The notes: generated by a model not told the origin, from the letters alone. DNA of 64,000 bases from an uncultured Coriobacteriaceae bacterium (GCA_902777325.1 CACYTH010000009.1:24819-88818), one strand, 5' to 3'; shown: positions 26,217-36,214, counted from the stretch's first letter. Translations and numbers: made by a program.

Positions 26217-29200
26217 ATGGCGACTACGCGCGACTATACGGACTATCTCAACGACCAGGTAGACATTGCCCCGGTCAACAGCCAAGAGGAGCTGCAGGCT
26301 GCCGAGCTTATCGAGAGCCTGTTCGTCCAACATGGCCTCGAGACGCAGGTGCAGGAGTTCGACTCGCCGTCACTGGCGGGCCTGAGCTCGCGCATCTACT
26401 TGATTCTGCTGTTCATCGGTGTCCTGCTTGCAGGCTTTACCGGCACGCCTGTGTCCATCGTGGGCACCGTGATGGTCGTGGTTGCATTTGTGCTTCTTGC
26501 GCTTGCGCATAACGGCAACGACGTGCTGGCCGCCATCGGTCCGCAGGCGCGCAGCCAGAACGTCATTGGCGTTCACCGCGCCGAGGGCCCCAACGTGATC
26601 AAGGGCGCTCGCCCCATCGTGATCGTGGCGCACTACGACACGCCGCGTGAGAACTTCCTCAACGGGCGCGAGCTGGCCAAGTGGCAGCCGCTCATCAAGC
26701 GCCTGAGCTGGCCGTTCTCCATTGCGGTTCTCGTCCTCACGCTGCTGCAGCTGATTCCGTTCATCCCGGTGGTCGTCCGCCATGCGTTCTGGGTGCTGGG
26801 CGTACTGATTGCCCTTCCGCTCCTGCTTCTGGGAGCCTCCTCTATATACGAGCGCTTTGCGGCGTGCACGACGGGCGCTAACGACAACAAGGCGTCTGTT
26901 GCCGCCATGCTTGGCGTGCTTGACATGGTTCGCCCCGGTCCGGACGATGCGAAGGCGTGGGCCGCAAGCCATCCCAAGGGCGTGCGCCGCGAGCTCAAGG
27001 TCGACGAGGACGAACAAGATATATATGAGGAGTACGCCGACGAGGACTTCGAGGACGATGACTCTGACTACGAGGACGACTTCGTACGGTCGGCGGGTGC
27101 CGTTGTGGCGACCGAAGGCGACGACGAGGATCTTGCTCCCGAGGATGAGTTTGAGCCTGCGGATGAGGACCTCGCGCCTACGGACGGGTACGAGGACGAC
27201 TCCGTTTCCGAGTATGACGACTCGGACGATGAGTACGCGTTTGCCGACGAGGCCACAGATGAGCTGACGGACGAGTATGGCCTGCGCTCCCCGTCCACCG
27301 TGCGCCGTGGCGCCGACCTTCTCGCAAGCATGCAGGTGCTGCCCGAGGACTGCGAGATCGTGTACGAGGATCTCATTCCGCGCGAGGAGGCCATCGCGCG
27401 CATCGAGGAGGCCAATGCCGCCGCGGCAGGACCCTCAGGTCTCGAGCGCCTGCGTGAGACTGCCGGTGGGATTGGCGAGAATGTAAGTGGCGGCCTGGTC
27501 GTGGCTCGCGAGTTCTTTGTAAAGGTGTTCGAGGCGATCCGCGACTTCTTTGCCTCTTTGGGCGCCCGCTTTGCGCGCGAGAGGGAGGTCCCCGAGATCG
27601 AGCGCGGCGAGTCTGAGATTCCTACCGTCAGGCGCGCGACGACGGCGGACGAGGGCGAGGATGTCGCTGAGTACGCGGATGACGAGTACTACGACGACGA
27701 AGACTATGCCGACGACGAGTACCTCGACGAGGGACAGTACGACGAAGTCGACAATCAGTCGGTGGTGTCCGACGACGCTGAGGAGACGACGGATTTTTTA
27801 GCCGATCAGCCGGTGACTCAGGTGGAAGCGTTCTCACCGGCGACGAGCTTCAAGACCGTTGATTCTTACGATGAGGTCGGAGCGGCTTACGAGAGCGCTC
27901 CGGTTGCCAGCTTTGACGTGGAAGTGGGTGACGGCTTTGTCGCTCCTGAGCTAGTCGTGCCCGCTGTTGAGACGGTTGAGGATGTGGCAGCTCCCGTCGC
28001 GGAGACTCCTGTTGCGTCTGAGGAGTCTGTTATTGATGAGGCTATCGAGCAAGAGCCTCCAGTGGTGCAGCCTCTCCAGGATGCGGTTGCTGATGACCAG
28101 GAGCCCGTCTCGCTCTGGACGCCTCCTGCAGAGGACGAGTTCAGTGACGAGGACCTCATCGAGGCGGAGCAGCCTACGAGTGAGATTCCACTCGACGCGG
28201 TGCTTGCCGGTGTGGCCGATGCGGCTGCTGAGGAAGCTGTCGAGGAAGAGGTGGAGCCTGAGGCAGTATTCGAGCCCGAACCGGAACCCGTTACAGAGAT
28301 TGAGCCTGAGCTTGCCGAGGAGTTCGAGGCAATAACTGAGCCGGAGCCGGAGCCGGAGGTCGAGCCCGAACCGGAGCCGGAGCCCGAAATCGAATCCGAG
28401 CAAGAACCGATTGTGGAATCGGTAGTCGAGCCTGAGTATGAGGCTGAGCTCGTGGCCGAGTCTGAGTCGGCAGTGGAGCCCGAACCGATTGAAGCCTTCG
28501 AGGAGAACTTTGTCGATGAGCTCTCGGCAGAGTCGGTGGAAGACGAGTCACTTGATGAGTCAGTATTCGAGGCAGAGGCTGACGAGGAAGCGTTTGTCGA
28601 AGAGACTGCGGTAGACGAAGAAGAGTACGACGGGGAAGAAGGTTTCTTCAAGAGCCTGAGGAATCCCTTTGCTGACATACTTGATGCCGAGTACGAGGTC
28701 ATCGAGGAGCAGACAGAGGATGCGACGTTTGCGGCCGGCGTGCCCGTTGAGGTGGTCGACGTCCCTTCCCTTGGGGTCAATGACGATGCGCTCAAGGCGT
28801 TTGCGCCCGATTCCGCGAGCGAGCCGATGTGGAACACGTTCGCAGAGCCTGACATTGCCGAGACAGTCGAAGAGCCAGAGGTTGTCGAGCTTGCAGAAGA
28901 GCCGGCTGCTGACAGCAGCATTGACGAGGTTGATGAAACCGAGACCGATTCTCTTGCAGAGCCCGTGCCAGCTTTGGTCGAGGATGAGCCAGTCATGATG
29001 GAAGAGCCTGACGACGAAGAGGATACCGTCGTGGCGGAAGAGCCTTCCTACGACGAGATCATCGAGCCGGTCGAGCAGCCCGAAGAGGACTACGACGCAG
29101 AGTTTGCAGCAGAGGAGACGGCATCCTTCAAGGCGCTGAGCGAGGAAGATGTCGAGACCGCGCGGTTGGAGGCCGAGCAGAGAGCTGCCGAAGCGGCATC

Positions 29201-31340
29201 GGTGCTTCATCAGATGTTTGCCACTGCTCCGGAGCAGGAGCGTGTCGTGGTGAAGCCCGCAACCGACGTGCTGCATCAGATGTTTGCCACGCTTCCCGAG
29301 ATAGAGCCGCTGCCGATTCCTGAGCCCGAGCCGGAGCCGGAACCGGAGCCGGTGGTTGAGGCCGAGCCCGAGCCGGAACCCGAGGTTGTATCGGAACCCG
29401 AGCCTGAGGTCGAGCCGGAACCCGAGCAAGAGCCGGAGCCGGTTGTGGAGCCTGAACCCGAAGTGGAGCCCGAACCGGAGCAGGAACCCGAGCCTGAGTC
29501 CGAGGTTGTACCCGAGCCAGAGCTCGAACCAGTAGTGGAGCCTGAGCCGGAGCCCGAACCCGAGCCCGAGCCGGAACCCGAGCCGAAGCCGGAGCCGATT
29601 GCGGAGCCGGAGCCGGTGGCCAAGCCCGAGTCGGTGATTGCGGCCGAACCCGAGCCTGAGATCGAACCCGAATCGGAGCCCGAACCCGAGATTGAGCCCG
29701 AAGTGGAACTCGAGCCGGAACCCGAACCCGAGATTGAAACCGAACTGGAGCCGGAACCCGAGCCTGAGTCCGAGGTTGTACCCGAGCTAGAGCCCGAACC
29801 AGTAGTGGAGCCTGAGCCGGAGCCAGTGACCGAGCCGGAACCCGAGCCCGAGCCGGAGCCGGAACCCGAGCCGGAGCCGGAACCCGAGCCCGAGCCCGAG
29901 CCGGAGCCGGAGCCGGAACCCGAGCTAGAGCCGGAGCCGGAACCCGAGCCGGAGCCGGAACCCGAGCCCGAGCCGGAGCCGGAGCCGGAACCCGAGCCGG
30001 AACCCGAGCCGGAGCAGACCAAGCTCATGGAGGGAATCGTATTCTCCACCGAAACTGATGTCAGCGAAGACGAGCTTGCGGACAAGGATGTCACCGGTCT
30101 GACCGCCATCCCTGTCGAGGCCCAGGCGGACGCCGAGGATGCGCTGCCTCCTGTGCAGGAGCGCATTCCCAAGCCGCGTGCCGTCGATGACCCTGATTGG
30201 GGAAAGAGCAACTTCAAGCCGTCGGTCATGTCGGCCGGTCGCCGTGCCATGTTGCTCGACCTTCCCGACCCTGCCGTCATAGCTGTCGACCCGCTGGCGC
30301 CGACGCGCGAGGATGGGACGATGCCAGCGACGGTGGATCAGAGCACTGCAAGTCGATTTGAGATCTTGCGCAGGGTCCCCTCGCCGCTTGACGATCCGTC
30401 AGAGGAGGTAAAGGCGGCGGGTACCGGTGGATCGACTCCGCGCAGGCCTGCTCCTCAGGAGAAGGAGCCCGAGGAACAGCTCCCCAGGTACAACAAGACT
30501 AATATCGGCAGCCGCGCTCCCAAGAAGAACTCCAAGCGCAAGATGCATTTTGGTCGCAAGAAGAAGGCTGAGAGCGATCAGGTGGAGTCGATGGGCGAGT
30601 GGCTTGGCCTGAGCGATGACTACGATGCCAAGAAGGACGGACGTCAGATTGGCAGCTGGGATAACTTTGACGACAGCGACGGCAAGTGGAAGGGCGGTGC
30701 AACCTTGCGAGCTGGTCTGCGCGACTACGACGAGTACGACTCCGATCAGGTGACGACTGCTTTGCCTAACTTTGACTCCCTCGACCTTATGCCGGGTGAG
30801 GAGCAGACAATGCAAGAGCAGCAGGTCGACGAGCAGGATGTCGAGACTTACGAGAACGAGATAGGCGACGACGTGCTGCATCTCGGCGACGACGACATCA
30901 TTGCGCACGACATCTGGTTTGTCGGCGTAGGCGCCTCTGCGCGCGACCATGCTGGCGTCAAGGCGTTCCTCGACGAGCATCGCAGGGACATCCGCGGTGC
31001 CTTCCTGATCAACCTTGATAGCGTTGGCGCGGGCAACCTGACCCTGCTCACCGGCGAGGGCACTGGCGCAAAGCGCCGCTCCGACCGCCGCTTGGGCCGC
31101 ATGCTCACCAACATTGCCGACGCCCTGCATATCGATCTTGGTCGCGCCGACTATAGCTGGGACGAGACGGACGCAACGCCGGCGATGCAGCGCTCGGTGC
31201 GCGTAAGCACGCTCATGGGCATGTCCAACGACGGGGTTGCCGCGCATTCCCACACGGCGGACGATGAGCCGGAGTACCTCAACGACAAGCAGATCGCCAA
31301 CGTTGCGGACATCATTGCGGAGCTGATCAGGCGCTCGTAG
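26217..31340 (+). CDS. giant membrane protein with split M28-peptidase-like motifs and ~1300-aa acidic low-complexity insert
   Basis: 1707 aa from ATG 26217. N-terminal motifs NVIGVH...[10 protein letters not shown] and [13 protein letters not shown] are separated by hydrophobic helices. C-terminal motifs [24 protein letters not shown] and [12 protein letters not shown]. The D/E/P/A/V-rich middle includes long (EP)n runs. Confidence 0.8.
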   Translation: MATTRDYTDYLNDQVDIAPVNSQEELQAAELIESLFVQHGLETQVQEFDSPSLAGLSSRIYLILLFIGVLLAGFTGTPVSIVGTVMVVVAFVLLALAHNGNDVLAAIGPQARSQNVIGVHRAEGPNVIKGARPIVIVAHYDTPRENFLNGRELAKWQPLIKRLSWPFSIAVLVLTLLQLIPFIPVVVRHAFWVLGVLIALPLLLLGASSIYERFAACTTGANDNKASVAAMLGVLDMVRPGPDDAKAWAASHPKGVRRELKVDEDEQDIYEEYADEDFEDDDSDYEDDFVRSAGAVVATEGDDEDLAPEDEFEPADEDLAPTDGYEDDSVSEYDDSDDEYAFADEATDELTDEYGLRSPSTVRRGADLLASMQVLPEDCEIVYEDLIPREEAIARIEEANAAAAGPSGLERLRETAGGIGENVSGGLVVAREFFVKVFEAIRDFFASLGARFAREREVPEIERGESEIPTVRRATTADEGEDVAEYADDEYYDDEDYADDEYLDEGQYDEVDNQSVVSDDAEETTDFLADQPVTQVEAFSPATSFKTVDSYDEVGAAYESAPVASFDVEVGDGFVAPELVVPAVETVEDVAAPVAETPVASEESVIDEAIEQEPPVVQPLQDAVADDQEPVSLWTPPAEDEFSDEDLIEAEQPTSEIPLDAVLAGVADAAAEEAVEEEVEPEAVFEPEPEPVTEIEPELAEEFEAITEPEPEPEVEPEPEPEPEIESEQEPIVESVVEPEYEAELVAESESAVEPEPIEAFEENFVDELSAESVEDESLDESVFEAEADEEAFVEETAVDEEEYDGEEGFFKSLRNPFADILDAEYEVIEEQTEDATFAAGVPVEVVDVPSLGVNDDALKAFAPDSASEPMWNTFAEPDIAETVEEPEVVELAEEPAADSSIDEVDETETDSLAEPVPALVEDEPVMMEEPDDEEDTVVAEEPSYDEIIEPVEQPEEDYDAEFAAEETASFKALSEEDVETARLEAEQRAAEAASVLHQMFATAPEQERVVVKPATDVLHQMFATLPEIEPLPIPEPEPEPEPEPVVEAEPEPEPEVVSEPEPEVEPEPEQEPEPVVEPEPEVEPEPEQEPEPESEVVPEPELEPVVEPEPEPEPEPEPEPEPKPEPIAEPEPVAKPESVIAAEPEPEIEPESEPEPEIEPEVELEPEPEPEIETELEPEPEPESEVVPELEPEPVVEPEPEPVTEPEPEPEPEPEPEPEPEPEPEPEPEPEPEPELEPEPEPEPEPEPEPEPEPEPEPEPEPEPEQTKLMEGIVFSTETDVSEDELADKDVTGLTAIPVEAQADAEDALPPVQERIPKPRAVDDPDWGKSNFKPSVMSAGRRAMLLDLPDPAVIAVDPLAPTREDGTMPATVDQSTASRFEILRRVPSPLDDPSEEVKAAGTGGSTPRRPAPQEKEPEEQLPRYNKTNIGSRAPKKNSKRKMHFGRKKKAESDQVESMGEWLGLSDDYDAKKDGRQIGSWDNFDDSDGKWKGGATLRAGLRDYDEYDSDQVTTALPNFDSLDLMPGEEQTMQEQQVDEQDVETYENEIGDDVLHLGDDDIIAHDIWFVGVGASARDHAGVKAFLDEHRRDIRGAFLINLDSVGAGNLTLLTGEGTGAKRRSDRRLGRMLTNIADALHIDLGRADYSWDETDATPAMQRSVRVSTLMGMSNDGVAAHSHTADDEPEYLNDKQIANVADIIAELIRRS
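29318..30015 (+). repeat. coding hexanucleotide tandem repeat (GAGCCN)n encoding (EP)n
   Basis: ~700 bp of gagcccgagccggagccggaacccgag... in frame with the giant ORF. A higher-order ~270-bp duplication is present: 29489-29553 nearly equals 29759-29823. A shorter run lies at ~28255-28400. Confidence 0.9.
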
Positions 31341-31369
31341 CCGGGCTGTCCACAGAACCGATCCGCATT

Positions 31370-31401
31370 GGCCCTGGGACTGCAAACACGGTCCCAGGGC
31401 C
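31370..31401 (+). terminator. hairpin after the giant ORF
   Basis: GGCCCTGGGAC-tgcaaacac-GGTCCCAGGGCC. Only TT follows. Confidence 0.45.
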
Positions 31402-31518
31402 TTACCATGCCCAACAACGCTGCCGTTCGTGACGTGGCTGCCATCCAGCGCGTCTTCACGTGTGGGTATGGTGGCGTGACCCCGTTCACTCACCGCCTGT
31501 GCTAGAATCCAATCCTAC

Positions 31519-31593
31519 GCGGGCATCGCCAAGTGGTAAGGCCCCAGCTTCCCAAGCTGGTATCCGCGGGTTCGAATCCCGTTGCCCGCTCCA
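31519..31593 (+). tRNA. tRNA-Gly (anticodon CCC)
   Basis: Acceptor gcgggca.../tgcccgc, anticodon stem-loop ccagcTTCCCAAgctgg, T-loop GGTTCGAATCC, encoded CCA. Confidence 0.93.
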
Positions 31594-31602
31594 AGAACCT
31601 TC

Positions 31603-31627
31603 GGGCCCTCCGGGGCCCTTTCTTTTC
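31603..31627 (+). terminator. rho-independent terminator after tRNA-Gly
   Basis: GGGCCC-tccg-GGGCCC followed by TTTCTTTTC. Confidence 0.7.
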
Positions 31628-31657
31628 TACACGCACATCCTAAGAAAGGAACGATTC

Positions 31658-32959
31658 ATGAGCCTGCGCATGAGCCCGGCTGAGGCCGATGCATCCATCA
31701 GCGCCCTCTCGCCCCAGATCGATCTGTATGCAGAGCTGCTGGTCAAAAAGGGCGTCGCGCTTCGTCCTGGTCAGGAGCTTGTGGTTCAGGCACCGGTTGA
31801 GTGTGCAGACTTCGCACGCAGGGTGGTGCGAAAGGCCTACGAGGCGCGTGCCGGGCACGTGACCGTCATCTGGAGTGACGACGTGGTGACCCGCCTCGAG
31901 TACGAGAACGTTGCTCTTCCGTACTTCGAGCACACTCCCACGTGGAAGATCGAGCAGCTCAACAGCCTTGCGGAGAAGGGCGCGAGCTTCCTGTTCTTGG
32001 ACGGCTCCGATCCGGCGGCCCTGCAGGGAATCGATCCCGCAAAGCCGGCCGCTGCGTCGCGTGCGCGCAACTCTGAGTGCCGCTCGTTCCGCGACGGCAT
32101 GGACTTTGGTCGCAACGTGTGGTGCATCGCGGGCGTTCCCGTGGAGTCGTGGGCCGTCAAGGTCTTCCCGGACACGCCGCGTCGCGAGGCGCTCTACCGC
32201 CTCTGGATGGCAATTCTGCAGGTGGCACGTGCCGACGGATCTGATCCGCAGCTTGCCTGGGAGACTCACAACGCCACCTTCGAGAAGAACAAGCGCATTC
32301 TCAACGAGGGCTCCTTCGACGCGCTGCACTACCGTTCGTCCAACGGAACGGATCTCACGATTGGCCTTAACCCTGATCACATCTGGGACGGAGGAGCTGC
32401 AAAGACGGTGGGCGGAACGGTATTCTTCCCCAACATCCCGACGGAGGAGGTCTTTACGACCCCCGACCGCATGCGCGCCGACGGCATCGTGTACTCCGTG
32501 CTTCCGCTTGTGCACCTGGGGCAGGTCGTGCGCGACTTCTGGATGCGCTTTGAGGACGGTTGCGTTGTGGATTACGACGCAAGGCAGGGCCGCGAGGTGT
32601 TGCGTCACATCATCGAGACTGACGACAACGCCTGTCGCTTGGGCGAGTGTGCGCTCATCTCAAAGAACACGCCGATCCGCGAGACGGGTCTGCTCTTCTA
32701 CAACACGCTTTACGACGAGAACGCTAGCTGCCACCTTGCGCTGGGCATGGGCTTCCCGGAGTGCGTCAAGGGTGGCTATGACATGAGCTTTGACGAGCTC
32801 ATCGAGCATGGCGTCAACCGCAGCCACACCCACGTCGATTTCATGATCGGCGCGGATGACCTCGATGTGACGGGCATTTGCGAGGATGGCACAGAGGTCC
32901 CCATCTTTGTGGATGGGCAATGGGCCTGGGAGGACGAGTACAGCGGCCACACGTGGTAG
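31658..32959 (+). CDS. aminopeptidase, M29 (AmpS/PepS) family
   Basis: 433 aa from ATG 31658. The track ORF start at 31460 would run through tRNA-Gly. Motifs NIPTEEVFTTP, YNTLYDENASCHLALG and SHTHVDFMIG. Confidence 0.85.
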   Translation: MSLRMSPAEADASISALSPQIDLYAELLVKKGVALRPGQELVVQAPVECADFARRVVRKAYEARAGHVTVIWSDDVVTRLEYENVALPYFEHTPTWKIEQLNSLAEKGASFLFLDGSDPAALQGIDPAKPAAASRARNSECRSFRDGMDFGRNVWCIAGVPVESWAVKVFPDTPRREALYRLWMAILQVARADGSDPQLAWETHNATFEKNKRILNEGSFDALHYRSSNGTDLTIGLNPDHIWDGGAAKTVGGTVFFPNIPTEEVFTTPDRMRADGIVYSVLPLVHLGQVVRDFWMRFEDGCVVDYDARQGREVLRHIIETDDNACRLGECALISKNTPIRETGLLFYNTLYDENASCHLALGMGFPECVKGGYDMSFDELIEHGVNRSHTHVDFMIGADDLDVTGICEDGTEVPIFVDGQWAWEDEYSGHTW

Positions 32960-32972
32960 AATAGGCCCTCGA

Positions 32973-33048
32973 GGGCCGTTAGCTCAGCTGGCAGAGCAGG
33001 GGACTTTTAATCCCAAGGTCTAGGGTTCGAAACCCTAACGGCCCACCA
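32973..33048 (+). tRNA. tRNA-Lys (anticodon TTT)
   Basis: Acceptor gggccgt/acggccc, anticodon loop CTTTTAA, T-arm tagggTTCGAAAcccta, encoded CCA. Confidence 0.95.
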
Positions 33049-33257
33049 AGAGAGATCGGCGCCCCGGCGACGGGGCGCTTTCCGTTGCCGTGGGACTCCC
33101 GCGGTTTCGAACCCGCGAGGGCGCGACATGCCGGTGGCATGTCGCGGGGTGAGCGCAGCGAACCCCACGAGCGCCGCCCCGGGCGGCGCGGCGAAACCCT
33201 AACGGCCCACCAAGAGAGATCGGCGCCCCGGCGACGGGGCGCTTTCCGTTGCCGTGG
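33028..33257 (+). repeat. perfect 66-bp direct repeat (33028-33093 and 33192-33257) bracketing the hairpin element
   Basis: cgaaaccctaacggcccaccaagagagatcggcgccccggcgacggggcgctttccgttgccgtgg occurs twice with no mismatch. Copy 1 is the genuine tRNA-Lys 3' part plus its terminator hairpin. Confidence 0.95.
33094..33191 (+). repeat. tRNA-linked hairpin-rich element, Lys-locus copy (98 nt)
   Basis: gactcc-CGCGGtttcgaacCCGCG-aggGCGCGACATGCCggtGGCATGTCGC-GGGGtgagcgcagcgaaCCCC-acga-GCGCCGCCccgGGCGGCGC-gg. That is four consecutive hairpins. Homologous to 1480-1576 and 46802-46889. Confidence 0.8.
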
Positions 33258-33407
33258 AATCGGAGCGCTCGGCTAGGGGATGCGCGACCCGCCTCCGTAC
33301 TGCCGCCGAATTGTCAAGGTGCGCCCCCGCTGCCGATGCGCGCACAAACGGGTATCCTTCTGCTATGCGAACGATGTCCTTCCGGACTTGTATAGAAGGG
33401 ATAGATC

Positions 33408-34934
33408 ATGGCATCCAGCAATGATGGCTACTGGTCTCGGTCATATGGCCTGCTCACGCGAGACCAAGGCTGGATCAAGCCTCTTCTTGTCATGGCAGCG
33501 GCCCGCATGGTGCCTATCATTGGCCCCTTTGGCGCCGATGGCTATGCTCTCGAATGGGCGCGTCTCACCTCATGGGGCGTGGATTCCTCGCCAAAACAGA
33601 AGAACGTGGATATCGGCGCGTGCATCGGAAGCGGTGCACGTGCGTTCGTGGTCGCTTTGGGTTACGGCCTGGTCATCGCGCTCGTAAGTCTTGCCTTTCG
33701 TGCCATTTTTGGCGAGGCGCTGGGCGGCGTCTTCAATATCCTGGCAGGGGCCCTCTGTGGCGTGCTTGTCATCATCGCCAAGCTGCGTGCCACCATCTAT
33801 CAGTCTATTGGCGCGGGCTATCAGCTCAATCGTCTGAGCGACATGGTCAAGCGCGACTCCAATGGCGTGCTGCACATCATCGGACTGAACATAGTACTTG
33901 GCCTGATTGTCGGCCTGGCATCCGCCATTCTTATCGGTACGGTGCTCACTGCCAACTTTGCGGGATTCGTCCGCGAGGTCGTGGAATACGAGATGTACGG
34001 CTATGTCGACGAGTACTACCTGGCCAGCCTCTTTCTGTCAGCACTTGCCGGGTCTCTTCCGGCTCTGATGGTCTTGACTTACCTGATAATGATCGCGGCC
34101 TCGTTCACGAGCCTCATTATCACGACAGCTGTGGGTCTGTGGATGCGTCAGTTTGACGTGCGCAATTGGGGACAGTCCTCCGACCCGCTGCCTGGCAGCG
34201 AGCCAGAATACCCCGCGAACGCGACGGGCTACCAGCAAGGCGGTTATGCACCTACGAGTGGGTACGATGCTCCGGCTTCCGATGTGACTTCGTATCAGAG
34301 TGTCGCACCCCAGCCGAGCGAGCCGCAGGACACCTTTGACTACCAGCCCATATCGGCACCTGTATCTATGCCGACGGCGGGTGACGTGGCACCTGATGCG
34401 GGTGATTCGCCCGTGCAGGAGTCCGGCGAGAGCGTTGTCGCCCCAGCCCGCACCTTCTCTCTCGAGGATGCCGCAGACGATGCGCCCGTCTTCTTGCAGC
34501 CGGTCGTGGAGGCCGAGCCTGATGCACACGAGGCCCCGGCTGAGTTTGATGTGCCCGATTCCGAGCCCACAATCCCAGTTCCCGAGCCGGTGCCAATGGA
34601 AGAGACGTCCGAGGCCATGACCGAGCAAGAGCCCGAGCCAGTGGCGGTGGCACCCGAGCTCACGACCGACGAGATTCTCGAGCAGGTAGAGGCAGCCATT
34701 CACGAGGCAGACATGACCCTTCCCGAGAACGACGAGCCCGATGTGTCCGTGGCGCCGGAGGAGCCTGAGGCTCCGCGTACCTTCTCGCTTGATGACTTCG
34801 TGTCGGATGAATCGGACAACGAGACTGCGGCAAAGCCCGAGAGCAGCGACGAGGACGAAGGGAAACCCGTGTCAGACGAGGTGATCACAAGGGTCATCCC
34901 GCTCGGAGGTGCCCAGACAGAGCAAGAGGAGTAA
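33408..34934 (+). CDS. hypothetical polytopic membrane protein with acidic disordered C-terminal half
   Basis: 508 aa. The N-terminal ~270 aa contain several hydrophobic helices. The C-terminal ~230 aa are P/E/D/A-rich. No family recognised. Confidence 0.6.
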   Translation: MASSNDGYWSRSYGLLTRDQGWIKPLLVMAAARMVPIIGPFGADGYALEWARLTSWGVDSSPKQKNVDIGACIGSGARAFVVALGYGLVIALVSLAFRAIFGEALGGVFNILAGALCGVLVIIAKLRATIYQSIGAGYQLNRLSDMVKRDSNGVLHIIGLNIVLGLIVGLASAILIGTVLTANFAGFVREVVEYEMYGYVDEYYLASLFLSALAGSLPALMVLTYLIMIAASFTSLIITTAVGLWMRQFDVRNWGQSSDPLPGSEPEYPANATGYQQGGYAPTSGYDAPASDVTSYQSVAPQPSEPQDTFDYQPISAPVSMPTAGDVAPDAGDSPVQESGESVVAPARTFSLEDAADDAPVFLQPVVEAEPDAHEAPAEFDVPDSEPTIPVPEPVPMEETSEAMTEQEPEPVAVAPELTTDEILEQVEAAIHEADMTLPENDEPDVSVAPEEPEAPRTFSLDDFVSDESDNETAAKPESSDEDEGKPVSDEVITRVIPLGGAQTEQEE

Positions 34935-34960
34935 GCCCCCTCTCAAATATGACCTGAGGT

Positions 34961-34995
34961 GACGTGGGCGCTGCGGATGGAGCAGCGCCCACGTC
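34961..34995 (+). terminator. hairpin after the membrane protein gene
   Basis: GACGTGGGCGCTGC-ggatgga-GCAGCGCCCACGTC followed by gctttgc. Confidence 0.5.
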
Positions 34996-35332
34996 GCTTT
35001 GCATGCTGGCAAAACTCACTGCAATGTGTGGATTTGTGGGGCCACGGCCGCTGTAGGGCGTGCGTTTTTGCATGTTGGAGCGCGAGACTACGGCCCAGTC
35101 CTGCGCATACCTACCTTGCGGCAAGGTGGGTCGGAGCGTAGGGCAACTAGCGACCTACCGTGCGCCAACCCCTGTGGTCTACCGTTGTGTGTGGGTACTG
35201 TATGGGAGAGCGCGGCAAACCATAAACGAAGCCACGAAACCGCAGGCAGATGTGTTACGATACTAGGCCGTTCTTTCCTGCTCCGGCACATACTCACCGA
35301 CCGGAGCCGTCTAGCCCAGAGGAGGTGACTAC

Positions 35333-35626
35333 ATGAAGGCCTATGAACTGCTGTATTTTGTCGATCCCGCAGCAACCGAGGAGATGCGCGCCGGCGCTAT
35401 GAAGCGCATTGAGGTCGCTATCACCACTAACGGTGGCACGATTGATTCCGTCGAGGATTGGGGCAAGCGCAAGCTTGCATTTGAGGTCGACAAGCTCAAC
35501 GAGGGCGACTACACCCTCATCAACTTCCAGGCAGACCCCAACGACATCGCCGAGCTCGATCGAGTTCTGCGCATCAACGACGCCGTGAAGCGCCACATGA
35601 TCGTTCGTCGTTCCGTCGAGGAGTAA
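35333..35626 (+). CDS. rpsF: 30S ribosomal protein S6
   Basis: MKAYELLYFVDP...WGKRKLAFEV...GDYTLINF. GAGGAGG RBS. Confidence 0.93.
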   Translation: MKAYELLYFVDPAATEEMRAGAMKRIEVAITTNGGTIDSVEDWGKRKLAFEVDKLNEGDYTLINFQADPNDIAELDRVLRINDAVKRHMIVRRSVEE

Positions 35627-35672
35627 GCTTGGAGCCGCAGAAAAGTACTGCGGATGAGAGGTAGTGTGCACT

Positions 35673-36170
35673 ATGAGCATCAACAGGGTAAACATCTCCG
35701 GAAACCTTACGCGTGATCCTGAAATGCGCGCCACGCAGAGCGGGACCCAGATCCTGACCTTTGGCGTTGCCGTCAACGATCGCCGTCGTAATCCCCAGAC
35801 GGGTGAGTGGGAGGACTATCCCAACTACATCGACTGTGTGGTCTTCGGAAACCGTGCCGAACCGCTCAGCCGCTTCCTCACCAAGGGCACCAAGGTCGCC
35901 GTCGAGGGCAAGCTCCGCTGGAGCCAGTGGGAGCGCGACGGCCAGAAGCGCAGCAAGATCGAGGTCATCGTGGACGAGGTCGAGTTCCTCTCGTCCAGGC
36001 AGCAGGGCGGCGGCTATCAGCCCCAGGGCGGAAGCCAGATGCAGCCCCAGCGTCAGCCGCAGATGTCCGCGCCTACCTACGCTGCACCTCAGCCCCAATA
36101 TGCCCCACAGCCCTCGGTCCAGCAGACTCCGCCTCCCGCGGACGTCTACGACGAGGACATCCCGTTCTAA
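35673..36170 (+). CDS. ssb: single-stranded DNA-binding protein
   Basis: MSINRVNISGNLTRDPEMR...OB fold...Q/G/P-rich linker...acidic tip DEDIPF. ATG 35673 is preferred over the track start at 35664. Confidence 0.93.
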   Translation: MSINRVNISGNLTRDPEMRATQSGTQILTFGVAVNDRRRNPQTGEWEDYPNYIDCVVFGNRAEPLSRFLTKGTKVAVEGKLRWSQWERDGQKRSKIEVIVDEVEFLSSRQQGGGYQPQGGSQMQPQRQPQMSAPTYAAPQPQYAPQPSVQQTPPPADVYDEDIPF

Positions 36171-36214
36171 GACCGGCGGTCGTGAAGACCGTCAGATGAA
36201 AGGTACAAACAGAC

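Noticed and set aside
29318-30015. Possible CRISPR-like periodic repeat
   Set aside because: The period is 6 nt, there are no spacers, and the tract lies entirely inside a coding frame. No cas genes are present in the window.
29276-30280. 334-aa GSGSGS-repeat ORF on the minus strand
   Set aside because: It is the mirror image of the (GAGCCN)n tract, which is in frame with the 1707-aa plus-strand protein. There is no independent start context.
31460-31657. N-terminal extension of the M29 aminopeptidase ORF
   Set aside because: It would read through tRNA-Gly (31519-31593) and its terminator. An internal ATG at 31658 with an RBS gives a homolog-length protein.
33085-33687. ORFs 33085-33276 and 33280-33687
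   Set aside because: The first is translation of the hairpin element and repeat. The second is out of frame with, and overlaps, the better-supported 33408-34934 membrane protein. Neither has an RBS.
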